A DNA stretch of 63,967 nt, the filler included, from Octopus bimaculoides (lineage: Eukaryota): NCBI RefSeq assembly GCF_001194135.2. It is 5 parts of 5 records of this genome, joined end to end, with 100 filler letters (N's around TTAATTAATTAA, not from the genome) between each part and the next. Parts side by side here need not be neighbours in the genome. Positions count along the whole stretch, not along the records: positions 1 to 30,024 come from NC_068993.1; positions 30,125 to 52,670 come from NC_068990.1; 3 more parts are not named here. The stretch is one strand, 5' to 3'. The notes beneath the pieces are model-generated. The model saw only the letters and a list, made by a program, of their open reading frames with translations, made no database searches and was not told where the DNA came from. Below are positions 26,450-38,859 of this stretch, piece after piece. The position numbers were made by a program, and so were the translations under genes. Numbering within the stretch: the stretch's first letter is position 1; each line of letters begins with the position of its first letter.

Positions 26450-26744
26450 TGGAAAACTTTAAAAAACCAAAGAATACAAATATTAAAGAAAGTTTTCCAT
26501 AAATAATTAAAATAGTAATTATCCTTACATGGTAAATGGTTCCAAAAGATATATTTTTTACTTTTTCTTCCAAGAATCTCCATTGTATATATTCTTTGAA
26601 TGCAAAAAGTCAATATTTCCTACAAAAGTTCCTTTTTATTTTTTGGCTTTTTTTTAATCAAATTCTTGAGGAAGTTTGGTGCTTCATAGGAGTGAGTTGC
26701 AACTTACCAAAAATGTAATTAATGCAGACTGCGTGATGTTATCG

Positions 26745-27130
26745 TTCTTATTGTTGTTGCTTAGCCCAGGGTTGGACCTGAATGAGCAGATCTGTGATCA
26801 AACGCATTCCAGCCATGTCTATCCTACCTGTTTATTCAGACTACATCATGCGAAGTGCTCCTCCTTTTTCATAACGGTAGTGTTTAATATAGTGGAATTT
26901 GGCTCTTATTTCTGTAGACTGATTAACCTTGTAGTTACACTTAATTTCCAACACCTTTGCTGTTGTTGCTGTGGTTGTTCAAATTAATTTTATACGTGGT
27001 CAGCAATGGCGTTCTAGCTTTGAACATCCATAGTGTAACCACAACCTCATTATCAATGTATCCTTCAGCAGAGTCCAAATGATTTGAGGGCGATTTAACT
27101 ATTATTTCGAGAAATATTGAGACGAACGTA
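26745..27130 (+). repeat. Unclassified interspersed repeat family D (related pieces near 12480-12680, 23265, 26040, 33495-33940, 38710)
   Basis: Recurrent motifs GCTTAGCC..TGATCAAA(C/G)GC(A/G)TTCCA and GATTTGGCTGCTATTTCTAGCAG in diverged form. Confidence 0.45.
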
Positions 27131-27204
27131 CCCTACTGGTGGTAACAATTACATAAATTCGAAACTTCAGATGTTCACGTGTAAATTATAATTTGAACAT
27201 TATT

Positions 27205-27340
27205 TACATTTCCACTGAGGTCGACTCTGGTTTTCATCCTTTCAAGGTCGATGTATTAAGTACCAGTGAAGCACTGGGGTCAATGTCAAAGACTTAACCC
27301 CTCGCCCGAATTTGCTGGCATTGTGGCAAAATTTGTTTTT
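27205..27340 (+). mobile_element. SINE family B core fragment
   Basis: GAGGTCGACTCTGGTTTTCATCCTTTCAAGGTCGATGTATTAAGTACCAGTG. Confidence 0.75.
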
Positions 27341-28445
27341 CCTTTTTTCTCTGCTTTCAATACTCCCTCGTTCCTAACAGTCACAAGCAAGGTTTCCTTA
27401 CATTTGGCTAGATATCATCTCATTAATCTCTCGAGTTCGATACACACGCAATCTTCCACACTTATCAGTTCCCTTTCTCCATTTGCTCTCTTCATATATA
27501 GGCGATCAGTGTCTGCACGTGGATGATGGGCTCCATGCATCGTTAGGAGCTTTCTTGACTTCCTGTCCATCTCCTTTAGCTCCTCCTCTGTCCACTTCAA
27601 TGTCGTTCTGACAACCTAGATGAGCAGTTACAACTTTAGCAGTGGAATAGATAAGGTTATATATTAGGTTGTTTGGTCATTTCCCTCATTTCTTCAGATC
27701 TGTCTAAGAGCAACGTTATATGCTACGATGGTGTTGTTATTTTTTGTGTTGTTTAAAAGCTTTGGTAGTGGTTCTCTATTGATCATGTCAATAAATTCAG
27801 TCCTGCTCAATTCTCTCATAATATCTTATGCTTCTATGATCTTCTCTTTATTACATCACCTCAAATTCTGTGTCATGTCTATTCTGGTGACTATTCTTGA
27901 GGTAGGTCTAGTTTCTCCTCTTTTTCCGCATACCTGTTTTTCGCTATTCCTTCTTCAGCTTCCGCGTTGGGATATACTGCTCGTACACTGGGTTCTATGC
28001 ATCCGTTACCTATTCTATCTGCATTGTTGCTGTTTTCATGCTGTCTACCATGAGATATTTGTGTCCTAATTAGGCTAATTTCAGCGTCAGTTAACCTTTT
28101 GTTCTTAATGATGTCTGTACGTACATTACGTAGTTTATTTGAATCTCTCTATCTGCGTACTTCATTGCCTACTACTACTGCGTACTTCATTGTCTTACAT
28201 GGAATGTAAGTTTGTACTATGAGGTTATTGTTTGGGTTATGCTAGGCTGTATAGAAAGCTTTCAACGCATTTCTATAATCCTCTCTAGTCCATTTTATGT
28301 GTTTTGATTTAGGTGATATTTTTGGTAGTGTCATTACAGGCCTAGAGTTAGTGAAATCTGATAATTGCTACCTCATATGAGTGACAATGTAGAAACAAAA
28401 GATTGTTAATAACAGTGGTAATGAAACTGAAGCCCTTGATGGTGA
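27340..28445 (-). mobile_element. Dong/R4-like non-LTR retrotransposon, internally deleted pseudogene
   Basis: N-terminal KWTREDYR..NKLRNVRTDIIKNKRLTDAEI..REPLPKL..NLIYSTAKVVT joined at ~27605 to post-RT KWTEEELKEMDRKSRKLLTMHGAHHPRADTDRLYMKRANG. Confidence 0.75.
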
Positions 28446-28582
28446 CAGTGTTGCACCCAGTGGGCTCAGAGATACTGGTCCGACTCCAGCCTGTCGTTAT
28501 CCAGCAAGGGAACAGCACACACGGCATAGATGGAACAAACAAGTCAATGCTGTGGTCATGGAGTGTTACTACCAGAGCAACC

Positions 28583-28583
<1 letters not shown>
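28446..28583 (+). mobile_element. Second Dong/R4-like N-terminal fragment in opposite orientation
   Basis: Translation RHRWNKQVNAVVMECYYQSNP matches the R4/Dong N-terminal RxxWxxxxNxxVMECYY motif. Confidence 0.6.
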
Positions 28584-28637
<54 letters not shown>

Positions 28638-28641
<4 letters not shown>

Positions 28642-28994
28642 TTTAATCTGCATGTTTGTTACAATCAATCGCCGTGACGCACCCAGCGTTCTAGGGCGAG
28701 TGAAGGATAAGACGTGTTACAGCTTGAGGAGGGGAAATGGCAGAGGTAGTAGTGAAATATCTTCATGTAATACAACACATACATTTAAATGGAAAGGGTT
28801 TTTCTAAGGATGTGGGCAGTACATGTCAGCACAATCTCTTGGATTTCTCTGAGACATGGTTCTCCTGGGATATCATCTAGATGTTTCCCACATCCCTTTC
28901 TTATCATACCTAGAGCACCCACAATAACAGGAAAAGTTCTCGCTTTAAGATGTCACATCTTTTGTATTTCAATTTCCAGGTCGTTATATTTACT
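28638..28994 (-). mobile_element. Dong/R4-like 3' end: restriction-like endonuclease C-terminus and 3' UTR
   Basis: SKYNDLEIEIQKM*HLKARTFPVIVGALGMI..EIQEIVLTCTAHILRKTLSI*; flanked by (ATT)n on both sides. Confidence 0.8.
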
Positions 28995-29207
<213 letters not shown>

Positions 29208-29711
29208 TACAGATGACAGGACGTCAAAATTGTTAGGGCTCCAGGCAAAATAGCGTGCGTTGTTTCAGAAAATTATGTTCTGACTTCAAATCCGACCGAG
29301 AGCAGATTATCGCTTATCTCTGTGGGCATGATAATAAACATACCAGTTAAGCATAGGGGTCAAACTGTAGTTGCTAAACGGATAGTTATACACGTTACCT
29401 GGAAGTATTTCAATATGAAATTACATTTGATAACATATCTAGGGTACATGGGCGACATAGCCACCTCGCAATAATTCTTATCACACCGATGTACATTCAA
29501 CAAATCGCAGTGGCACACGTGTATACACGTAGCTATATGCATGTCTAAAAATCACCTCACAACCACAGTGGTCTGAATCTCGTTGAAATAGATTATGTAC
29601 TCTAAAACATGTATTGAGTTCCCCATCCTCATCGGTTCGCCACACTTCAGCGATTAAATACAATATCTATATATATGCATACGTATGTATGCATGTATAT
29701 GTGTATGTGTG

Positions 29712-29773
<62 letters not shown>

Positions 29774-29988
29774 AAATACATACATACACTCACATATATA
29801 CATTTATACATGCATATACATACATATATATATATATATGTATATATATATATGCATATATATATATATATATATACTTATATGTATACATATATATACA
29901 TATATACACACACACATATATATACACACATTTATACATACATGTACATACAAAAGTATATATATACATTATATATATATCATATATA

Positions 29989-30024
<36 letters not shown>

Positions 30025-30124
30025 NNNNNNNNNNNNNNNNNNNNNNNNNNNNNNNNNNNNNNNNNNNNTTAATTAATTAANNNNNNNNNNNNNNNNNNNN
30101 NNNNNNNNNNNNNNNNNNNNNNNN

Positions 30125-30245
30125 GACCCCGAGAGGATGAAAAGGAAAAGTTGAAGTCGGTGGTATTTGAACTCAGTGTGCAAAAAGCCGTAAGAAATGT
30201 CGCTAAGCATTTTGTGCGGTGCAGTAATGATTCTTCCAGCTCGCC
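30125..30245 (-). mobile_element. SINE family B, 5' part
   Basis: GACCCCGAGAGGATGAAAAGG..ATTTGAACTCAG..CTAAGCATTT..CCAGCTCGCC. Confidence 0.8.
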
Positions 30246-30247
30246 AG

Positions 30248-30398
30248 CGGGTTCAGTCCTTCTGCAATCCACTTTGGGAAAGTGTCATGCCTTTCACTTT
30301 CGTCTGAGACCACTTGAAGTCTTGTGAGTGGATTTGGTAGACGAAAACTTAAAGAAGCCCATCATGTGTGTGTGTATGTGTGTATGTATAAACATACA

Positions 30399-30450
<52 letters not shown>

Positions 30451-30669
30451 TTATTTTATGCCTGTGCTTACAACGCTGGTTGACAACTGATGTTGGTTTG
30501 TTTACATTCCCGTGACCTAGCGATTCGGTAAATGATTACACCAATAGAATAAGTACCAGGTTTAAAATTTAAATACTGGAATCGTTTTTTTTTTCAACTA
30601 AATCCCTTTAAGGCGATGCTCCAATATGGCTGCTGTCCAATGACTGAAACAAGTAAAAGATAAAAGATA
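30248..30669 (+). mobile_element. SINE family A, 5'-truncated, central (TG)/(GA) tract
   Basis: Starts at B-box GGGTTCAGTCC; ends TGACTGAAACAAGTAAAAGA. Confidence 0.8.
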
Positions 30670-31422
30670 ATACAAATAAACAATAGAAACAAAATATATA
30701 TCAATGAGTGATATGTAAAATATAGAAATAATTTCAAATCATTTCGTGGTTTCGAAATTTTTTATATTTGCTTACTTCACAATTTTATGATAATTGTAAA
30801 TGGCAAATCTGTCATGGGATCGTGATAAATTGTCTTAGCAAATTTATTGCAACATTACGCCGTTCGCATTTCACTAGGTACTCATTACACAGAGAGATGT
30901 GATTGGAAAAGAGATGAAAGATTGCAGTTTCGTTGCCTTCCCTCCCTTGATGTTTCTATAATGCCGTTATAATTATATAAGCATACCGCATCACATTTTA
31001 TGAGAAGCTAAGTAAGGAAATTGCGACGTCGATCTATTATGAACTGTGAGGTTTTACGTACCAAAATATGCAGTAATTCACCTGAGGGATGACAATAAGA
31101 TGGTGGATTGATTCCCGGGTATGTTGGCACTTAAGCAATGTTTTTCCTACATACATAAACTTTAAGGAAGAAAGGACTGGCTTTAATGAATTACATGTTA
31201 GCTCAAAAGAAAAGATTACTATTAATTCCACAGCACCGGATTTTCAAAATAACACTTACTTATTGTGGGTTTCAAACATGGACCGGTGGATTTTGATACA
31301 TTGGAAAACACTAGTACGTAATAGAGTATACACTTTTTTTTATCAATACTAGTTTCAAATTTTGGTACGAAGCCAGAAATTTCGGGGGAGGGGTGAGTTG
31401 ATTACATTAGAATGTTAAAGGG

Positions 31423-31610
31423 GGCGGCGAGCTGGCAGAATCGTTAGTATGCTGGGGGAAATGCATAGCAGTATTTCGTCTGTCTTTACGTTCTGAGTTC
31501 AAATTCCGCGTTGCCTTTCATCCTTTCGGGGTCGTATTGGGGGTCGATTTAATCGACTGGCCCCGCCTCCCCCAAAATTTCTAGCCTTATGCCTAGAGTA
31601 GAAAAGAATA
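31423..31610 (+). mobile_element. SINE family B (B1 tail), cluster copy 1
   Basis: GGCGGCGAGCTGGCAGAATCGTTAG head, GAGTTCAAATTCC B box, internal deletion. Confidence 0.85.
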
Positions 31611-31624
31611 TACTTTTCTACTAA

Positions 31625-31842
31625 GGCGGCGAGCTAGCAGAAACGCTAGTACGCTGGCCGAAATGCTATGCGGTATTTCGTCTGCCGTTACGATCTGAGT
31701 TCAAATATCGCCGAGGTCGACTTTGCCTTTCATCCTTTCAGGGCAGATAAATTAAGTACCAGTTGCGTACTGGGATTGATCTAATCGACTGGTCCCTTCC
31801 CCAAAAATTTCGGGCCTTGTGCCTAGAGTAGAAACGAATATT
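31625..31842 (+). mobile_element. SINE family B (B1 tail), cluster copy 2
   Basis: Full head, core and tail. Confidence 0.85.
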
Positions 31843-31854
31843 AGAAAGTTAAAA

Positions 31855-32083
31855 GGCGACGGACTGGTAGAATTGTTAGGACGTGGGAGAAAATGCCCAA
31901 CCGTATTTGTTCTGGCTCTTTACGTTCTGTGCTGAAGCCCCAACCGAAGTCGTTGTTGTCATTCATCCTTTCGAGGCCGATAAAATAAGAACCAATTGAC
32001 TCCTGGGATCCATGTAATCAACCTCCTCCTCCTCCTCCTCCCGGAAAAGCTGTTTGCTTTGTGCCAAAATTAGAAAGGATATT
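31855..32083 (+). mobile_element. SINE family B, diverged cluster copy 3
   Basis: Colinear but older copy. Confidence 0.65.
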
Positions 32084-32095
32084 GGAAGAATGAAA

Positions 32096-32315
32096 TATAC
32101 TTTTCTTTCCTAATTTAGGTACGAGGTCCGAAATTTTCGGGGATGGGTCCAGTCTATTAGATCGTCCCCAGTACGCAACTGGTACTTAATTTATCAACCC
32201 CGAAAGAATGAAATGCAAAGTCGACCCCGACGGAGTTTGAACTCAGAACATAAAGACAGATGAAATACTACTAAGCATTTCGCCCGGCGTGCTAACGTTC
32301 CTGCCAGCTCGCCGT
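32096..32315 (-). mobile_element. SINE family B (B1 tail), cluster copy 4
   Basis: Reverse complement of copy 2. Confidence 0.85.
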
Positions 32316-32330
32316 CATAGAATTCTACAA

Positions 32331-32564
32331 TTATTTCTTTCTTTATTGCCTACAGGCGGCTAAACATAGAGGGGACAAACAAGGACAGACAAGGGGATTA
32401 AGTCGATTACATCGACCCCAGTGCGTAACTGGTACTTTATTTATCGACCCCGAATGGATGAAAGGCAAAGTCCACCTCGGAGGAATTTGAACTCAGAACG
32501 TAGCGGCAGACGAAATACCGCTAAGCATTTCGCCAAAGCTTAGCGTTTCTGCCAGCTCGCCGCC
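32331..32564 (-). mobile_element. SINE family B (B2 tail), cluster copy 5
   Basis: Same head and core; different 3' end (plus strand AAACATAGAGGGGACAAACAAGGACAGACAA). Confidence 0.85.
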
Positions 32565-33114
32565 CTAGAATTCTATAATTATTGCCATCATAATTGCCTT
32601 GTATAACAAATATATGATTTTGGAACTTTTAAACAGTGTCAGTAGATAAAATTGGATTCCACGAAATTTGAAACAGCAAGATATATGACCCTTATTGTAT
32701 TGCAGCATTGAAAATATGGCTTCCGAAAACTCTCAGAAGACCTTTACTATTAGATAAGACAGAAATATAATGCTGTGCCGTTAATGCCATTGTAAAAGTT
32801 ATTGGTCGATGTCAGAGAAATGACTTATTTCAGCTGGTAATTGACCGGATCCAAGGTCTATCTTGATATATACTTCATTTATTTTTGCTAATTTCACGAC
32901 GTGTCTTTTTCATAAAACCGATTGAGATGATTCATTTTGTTACTGAAGGAAATTGCATCTAATTTAGAAGGGTGAAAGGCTAAAAGAAACACAAAACGGA
33001 TTTGAAGAAGAATGCGAGGAATAAAGTATGCATTATATCTTATCCTATCATCTTCGATTTAAGTCCGTACATAGAACCGACTGCGGAGTCTATACGTCGT
33101 AATTCTTTTTTTTC

Positions 33115-33305
33115 TTTTTACTTGTTTCAGACAATGGACTGCGGCGATACTGTGGCATCACCTTGACGAACTTTTAGTCGAGTGAACCCATACCAGCACT
33201 TATTTTTTATTTAAACACCAGTACTTATTCTATCGGGTCTCTGTTGCCGAACCGCTAGATACGGGGGCGTAAACACACAAGCAGTGGTTGTGAAGCGGAG
33301 GTAGG
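33115..33305 (-). mobile_element. SINE family A, 3' half
   Basis: TTTTACTTGTTTCAGAC..AGTACTTATTCTATCGG..GCCGAACCGCTA. Confidence 0.75.
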
Positions 33306-34982
33306 ACACACACACACACACACACACACACNNNNNNNNNNATATATATATATACATACATACATATATATATATACACATACATATATATTTACTCACG
33401 TAAATATTGTAATAAGTGTTGATTTGTGTGAGTGATATATTATATGAATGTTACGAGATTTGATCATGAGTAAGAAATTTTGCATGTTCAAAGGAATATC
33501 GTCTTGCTGCTTAGCCTGTGTTTGGTTTTGATCTTGATATATCTATGACTAAAGGCGTTCCATCCAGAATCATAAATCTTTTCAGAGACAGAGTAGAATA
33601 TTTGACCTTTGTTGTAGTTGGCAACCAATCCCAACCTGTCGCTCAATTCAAAACGTGACTCACGAAACCTTTGTTCGGGCGATTTTCCTGAGTCACCATC
33701 TCATATTTTTAATCCAATTCGTCGCCAGGTTACCCATTTTGAAGAACACAATGCACAGCCAGTCTGGGAATCGAAACCATGATCTCGTTATCGTGAATGC
33801 AACACACTTACCATTAGGCCATGCTCTTTCACATAAAGCACATTACCAAATGTTTCCTTCCGCTTTTCAAGATAGATCAGCTGCAATGAGAGACGGGGTA
33901 ATTTGGCTGCTTTTTCTAGCAAGTCGGCTAACCACATATAGATTTCATCGTTGTTTCATATTTTGTTGTTACAACAGCATCTCGTGTAGAATCTCGTGCA
34001 GAATTGAATGACGCAATAAAGTATCTATTGTTTGTGCTTAAACATGTCCGTTGTCAAGGCAACTGTTATTAGCTTGGATGTAGCTAATTAACGCAAAACT
34101 CCTATTATATGCTCGATGAGTCATGGTGATATCAATAAAACAAATCCCTCATGGGAATTTTCATTTTATTTTTCGTTTTTTTTTTTAAATATATTTATGC
34201 TTTTATTTATTTATTTATTTATTTATTTGCTTTGTCATTGCGTAAGCGAATACCAAAGCAACATGCTGTAATTCAAAAATTGTCTGCATTTAAGAGATTT
34301 GGAAATTTATGGACTCGCGGGAGATCAATACAAAAATATTTGTAGCTTCATGTAGCTTTATTTTATAAAACAGCATCACTTTTAAATTGGATTATTAAGT
34401 TTATCATTAAAGATACTTGTGCAAACACAATGTAATTTGTGATGGACAGTTGTAATGCCAATACTTAATGTGCAATAAAGCGATAAACGCTGATATCTTC
34501 TGACAAACCAGATTGTTTAGATGAGTGGAAAATGGCCGACAGACAGGAACCGAGCAGTAATATCCACTTGATAGATCTTGCAATGCTATGTTCAACTCCT
34601 CTGTCTGACGGAAGAATATACAGGTAATTCATATCAGTATATACTTCTAGTTATGATTTTTTAGACAGTTACTAACGGACTACGAAGATCAAGTACCACA
34701 CACACAGTGATGTACAGCAAGTACATCTGGGACAGTTCTGTTGCTCTCTACCATTCTTTGTCTCTGTAGGTGGGCACAGTCACTCAAACATATTGTGTGT
34801 GTGTGTGTGTATGTGTGTGTGTGTGTGCGCGTGTGTAGGGGCGTGCAATGGTTTTCATCGTAAGGGCATTGGTAACCTAAGAATAAATGATACCTGTGAA
34901 ATGTCTCTGCATGTGTAATCATTCTTTATTTTATAAGTGAGTTTTCCAATGAGAAATAGTGAAGGAAATTGTTCAAGAATAA

Positions 34983-35024
<42 letters not shown>

Positions 35025-35345
35025 GTCAATCTCGACNNNNNNNNNNNNNNNNNNNNNNNNNNNNNNNNNNNNNNNNNNNNNNNNNNNNNNNNNNNNNNNN
35101 NNNNNNNNNNNNNNNNNNNNNNNNNNNNNNNNNNNNNNNNNNNNNNNNNNNNNNNNNNNNNNNNNNNNNNNNNNNNNNNNNNNNNNNNNNNNNNNNNNNN
35201 NNNNNNNNNNNNNNNNNNNNNNNNNNNNNNNNNNNNNNNNNNNNNNNNNNNNNNNNNNNNNNNNNNNNNNNNNNNNNNNNNNNNNNNNNNNNNNNNNNNN
35301 NNNNNNNNNNNNNNNNNNNNNNNNNNNNNNNNNNATATATATATA

Positions 35346-36590
35346 CAGAGGTTGGACAAAATAATGTAATCACCTAGCATCATAGCATCATAATTTTGAA
35401 ATATGTATAAAACAGTCAAAAGCTTGTTTATTTATTTATTTTTTTTATTTATTATTAGTGTTGCTTAATATGTTTTGCTAAAATTGCCGTTTCTTTTCAG
35501 ATGTCATCAAAAAAAGATAATTAACGTTCGTTAAAATTACAGATCTATCGGATTTTCAAAATGGTCAAATTTTTGGTGCTCGTATGGCAGGCGCTAGCGT
35601 AACGAAAACAGCAGAAATATTTGGTGTATCAAGAAGTATTGTCTCGAAAGTAACGATAGCCTTTGAAAAAGATGGAAAAACATCCTCGTCGAAAGAAAAC
35701 GCTGGAAGAAAACCAAAACTTTCAGATAGGGACCCTGGGACTCTTACGTGAATTGTTAGAAAGGATCACAGAATTACTGCAGAGCTTAATGTCCACCTTG
35801 CGAATCCAGTTACCACAAAAACTGTCTGCTGGCAGCTGCACAAAGCCGAATTTCCCGGGAGGTCTGAAATCAGAAAACCACTACTTTCAAAAACAAGCAT
35901 TGTAAAGTGTTTAGAGTGGAATAAAAATCTACAGAATTGGTCCCTAGAGCAGTGGAAGAATGTTATTTTCTCGGACGAGACATCCTTTACCTTATTTCCG
36001 ACCACCGGCCGAGTATACATGTGGAGACAGCCAAAAGAAGCATTTGAATCAGACTGACGTATTCAAGCTGTTAAACATGGAGGAGCATCTGTGACGATCT
36101 GGTGAGGGGGGGGGCGGTTATATCTTGGAAATCCGCCGATCCAATGGTTTCCCCTCATGGCGGAATTAATATTCAAAACTTTTTAAATATTTTATCTGAT
36201 CAAATTCATCCTATTGTTGCGGAACTGTTTCCCGAAGGAAACGCAATCCTTCAGGATGATAATGCACCAATTCACACAGCTAAAGTTGTTACTGAATGAC
36301 ACGAGGAACATTCTAGTTAAGTCCCCAGATTTCAATACTATTGAACATTTATGGTGCGTTTTAGAAAAACAAGTTAAGAGTCGATACTCTCCACCATCAA
36401 TCACTACAAGAACTGGAGACTATTTTAGCTGAAGAATGGACAAAAATTCCTTGGGAAACAATTCAAACTTTGTACGAATCCATACCTGGTAGAATTCAAG
36501 TTGCAATTACTGCCAAAGGCGGTCCTACTCCATACTAAAATAAATGTGTTTGAAATTTTAAGGTGTTTCCATTATTTTGTCCAACCCCTG
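35346..36590 (+). mobile_element. Tc1-family DNA transposon, complete ends (1245 bp)
   Basis: 29-bp TIRs (35346-35374 and 36562-36590, 26/29 identical), start CAG, TA on both sides. Confidence 0.92.
35536..36538 (+). pseudogene. Tc1 transposase pseudogene (DDE)
   Basis: HTH region, GRKPKLS, WKNVIFSDET, KHGG, LQDDNAPIH, SPDFNTIEHLW, C-terminal AKGGPTPY*; several stops and frameshifts, start codon mutated, WP of WPxxSPD deleted. Confidence 0.9.
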
Positions 36591-37867
36591 TATATATATA
36601 TATATATTTATATATATATAAGCCTTGGTTATTTCTTCACCGAAAAGTATTTAATGAAATCCTATCCTCACGACGCACATGAGACAAATTATTCAAGAAC
36701 AAAAAGTAGAATTTATCTGTTTATTTCAATGAAACTGTTTAAAGTACTTCAAGGTAATTAGGAATGAATTGGGATATTAGATTAGGAAAAAAAACTTAGA
36801 AAAATTCAAAGTTATCCTGCGTGTGAAGATTAGGTGGGTGTTAAAAGATAATAAGTCATGGAGATATTTTTAAATCTGAAACAATAACAAAATCACCAAC
36901 GAAACGATATTTAGCTGCGATAATGAATATAGTATTTCAGTAAGTATTACATTCATAGATTAAGCACAAGCGATATTTTTCAGACATGATATTTTTAGAT
37001 TGTCAAAGGACGGCGGTGAAGGTTTGTCTGGAAAATTTGCAATACTTCCGGAACTGGACAGGAAAAATGAGTGGGAGCAAGCTACATTGGTTTATTTTCA
37101 GACTGAAGATTTAATCAGTATTAATGTAACAGAGAGAAGTTCGATCAAAACGCTCAAGGTCTGAGAAATTTTGATCAATCGGGCGTGGGATTACGTTGAC
37201 GAGTAAAAGACAAGTAGAATCCACTTAACTGGATTGTATGTCGATGATTTAGTCACTTGTGATGAGTAGAATTGTGGCTGCAAGGAAAACCTACTGTAAA
37301 CTAGTTCTGTAAATTTCGTAGTCGTTTAAATATTAGCAAGAATGCGTATTAACAGAAAGAATGAGATGGTGCGAATTTCATTGTCTGCCTATTGTTATTA
37401 GATTTAGAAGCCAAAATGACCAACTATCGCTATTTAGGTTTATCATGTCTTCAGTTGCACATCAATTGCTTTTGAATATCGAAGAGAACTAACATGCAAG
37501 CTTTAGAGATACATACCGAAGACGACAGAAGGAATAATGTGCAGAATTAATCAATATATTTATTAATCCACACGCATAACCTCTACAATTATATACACTT
37601 GCATGCATACATACATACATACATACATACATACATACATACACACGTGTGTATACGCACGTGCGTATCTACGCTGATGTATGTATAACCCATAAATTCT
37701 CTTAGGCTTCCGAATATAAAACATATTTAAATGTTAACCTACTTACAAAGCAACTTGTGTGTGTGCGTGTGTACATGTGAATAAATGCATAAAAACACAG
37801 ACATTAATATTTATATATACACACATTAATATTTATGTTTGCATATACTCTACATACATACTTGTCG

Positions 37868-37918
<51 letters not shown>

Positions 37919-38859
37919 ATACACACACACAATTAAAGTTTGAATACATTCGTTCATACATACATACATACATACATACATACATACATACATACATACA
38001 TACATACATACACACGTGCATGCATACACATATGTTCATACGCAAACATCCTTATAATTTCTTTTTCATCAAATACATTTTACGAATTTCAATGCAAGAG
38101 ATTACATACGTAACTAATATATATATATACTCTTGCAAGCAGTCGATATTAAAAGATGCATCAGTTATACATTCTTATGTTTTCTATTATTTGAATATTG
38201 GTTTAAATATTGTCTCTTAGGATTTTTTTATGACTGCTTCTACTTACCTTTCTCTTGGATTATCTTGGAAGGAATTGCCTTTGTAATTAAAATACAATAG
38301 ATTAGATAAGTCTAATAAAAGCAGCGATGTATTTTTTTCTCTTAAGATATTTGCATTTAGTGATGTTCATGATTTTTTTAATAACATGAATAGGCTAATT
38401 CAATCAGGAATTGAATCCAAAAATGATATTACAGTCTGATACCTGGATAAGCTTCCTCTTCTAATATAATTCTTGCAGCAAGTTAAAAGGTGCCGTATGT
38501 GGTTTCATGCCTTGCTAGAAATGTTAACGAAGTTCGCATATTTCGCTTATTACAGCATTAAACAAAATATCTAGAAACTCCATTGGATGCCTGCGAAAGA
38601 ATATATGTCGATCATTGTTGGAATGTTCTTGGGTGCAGTTATCCTCGGTCAAGATCTATCTGGGATTAAATAAGAATGCATGATAATAATAATGACTCAA
38701 AGCGGTTGCTTGATCTGCTAGAAGTAGCAGAAGAATTCTTTCGAGTCATGCTATAGTTTTAAATGAAGGGAATATAGTCCCTGATATAGAACCAGGTGGA
38801 TGTTCACTGATGGCACGCTTTAGATGATAAGTGTGTTCACTCAGAGATGACATGTCTTG

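Noticed and set aside
30069-30080. TTAATTAATTAA islands inside N runs (also 52715-52726, 60236-60247, 62782-62793)
   Set aside because: Each is 44 N + 12-mer + 44 N = 100 bp, and the 12-mer has stops in all six frames: an assembly spacer, not biology
31423-32564. Regularly spaced similar units suggesting a CRISPR-like or tRNA array
   Set aside because: The units are ~200-bp SINE copies in mixed orientation in a eukaryotic genome; heads lack a full cloverleaf
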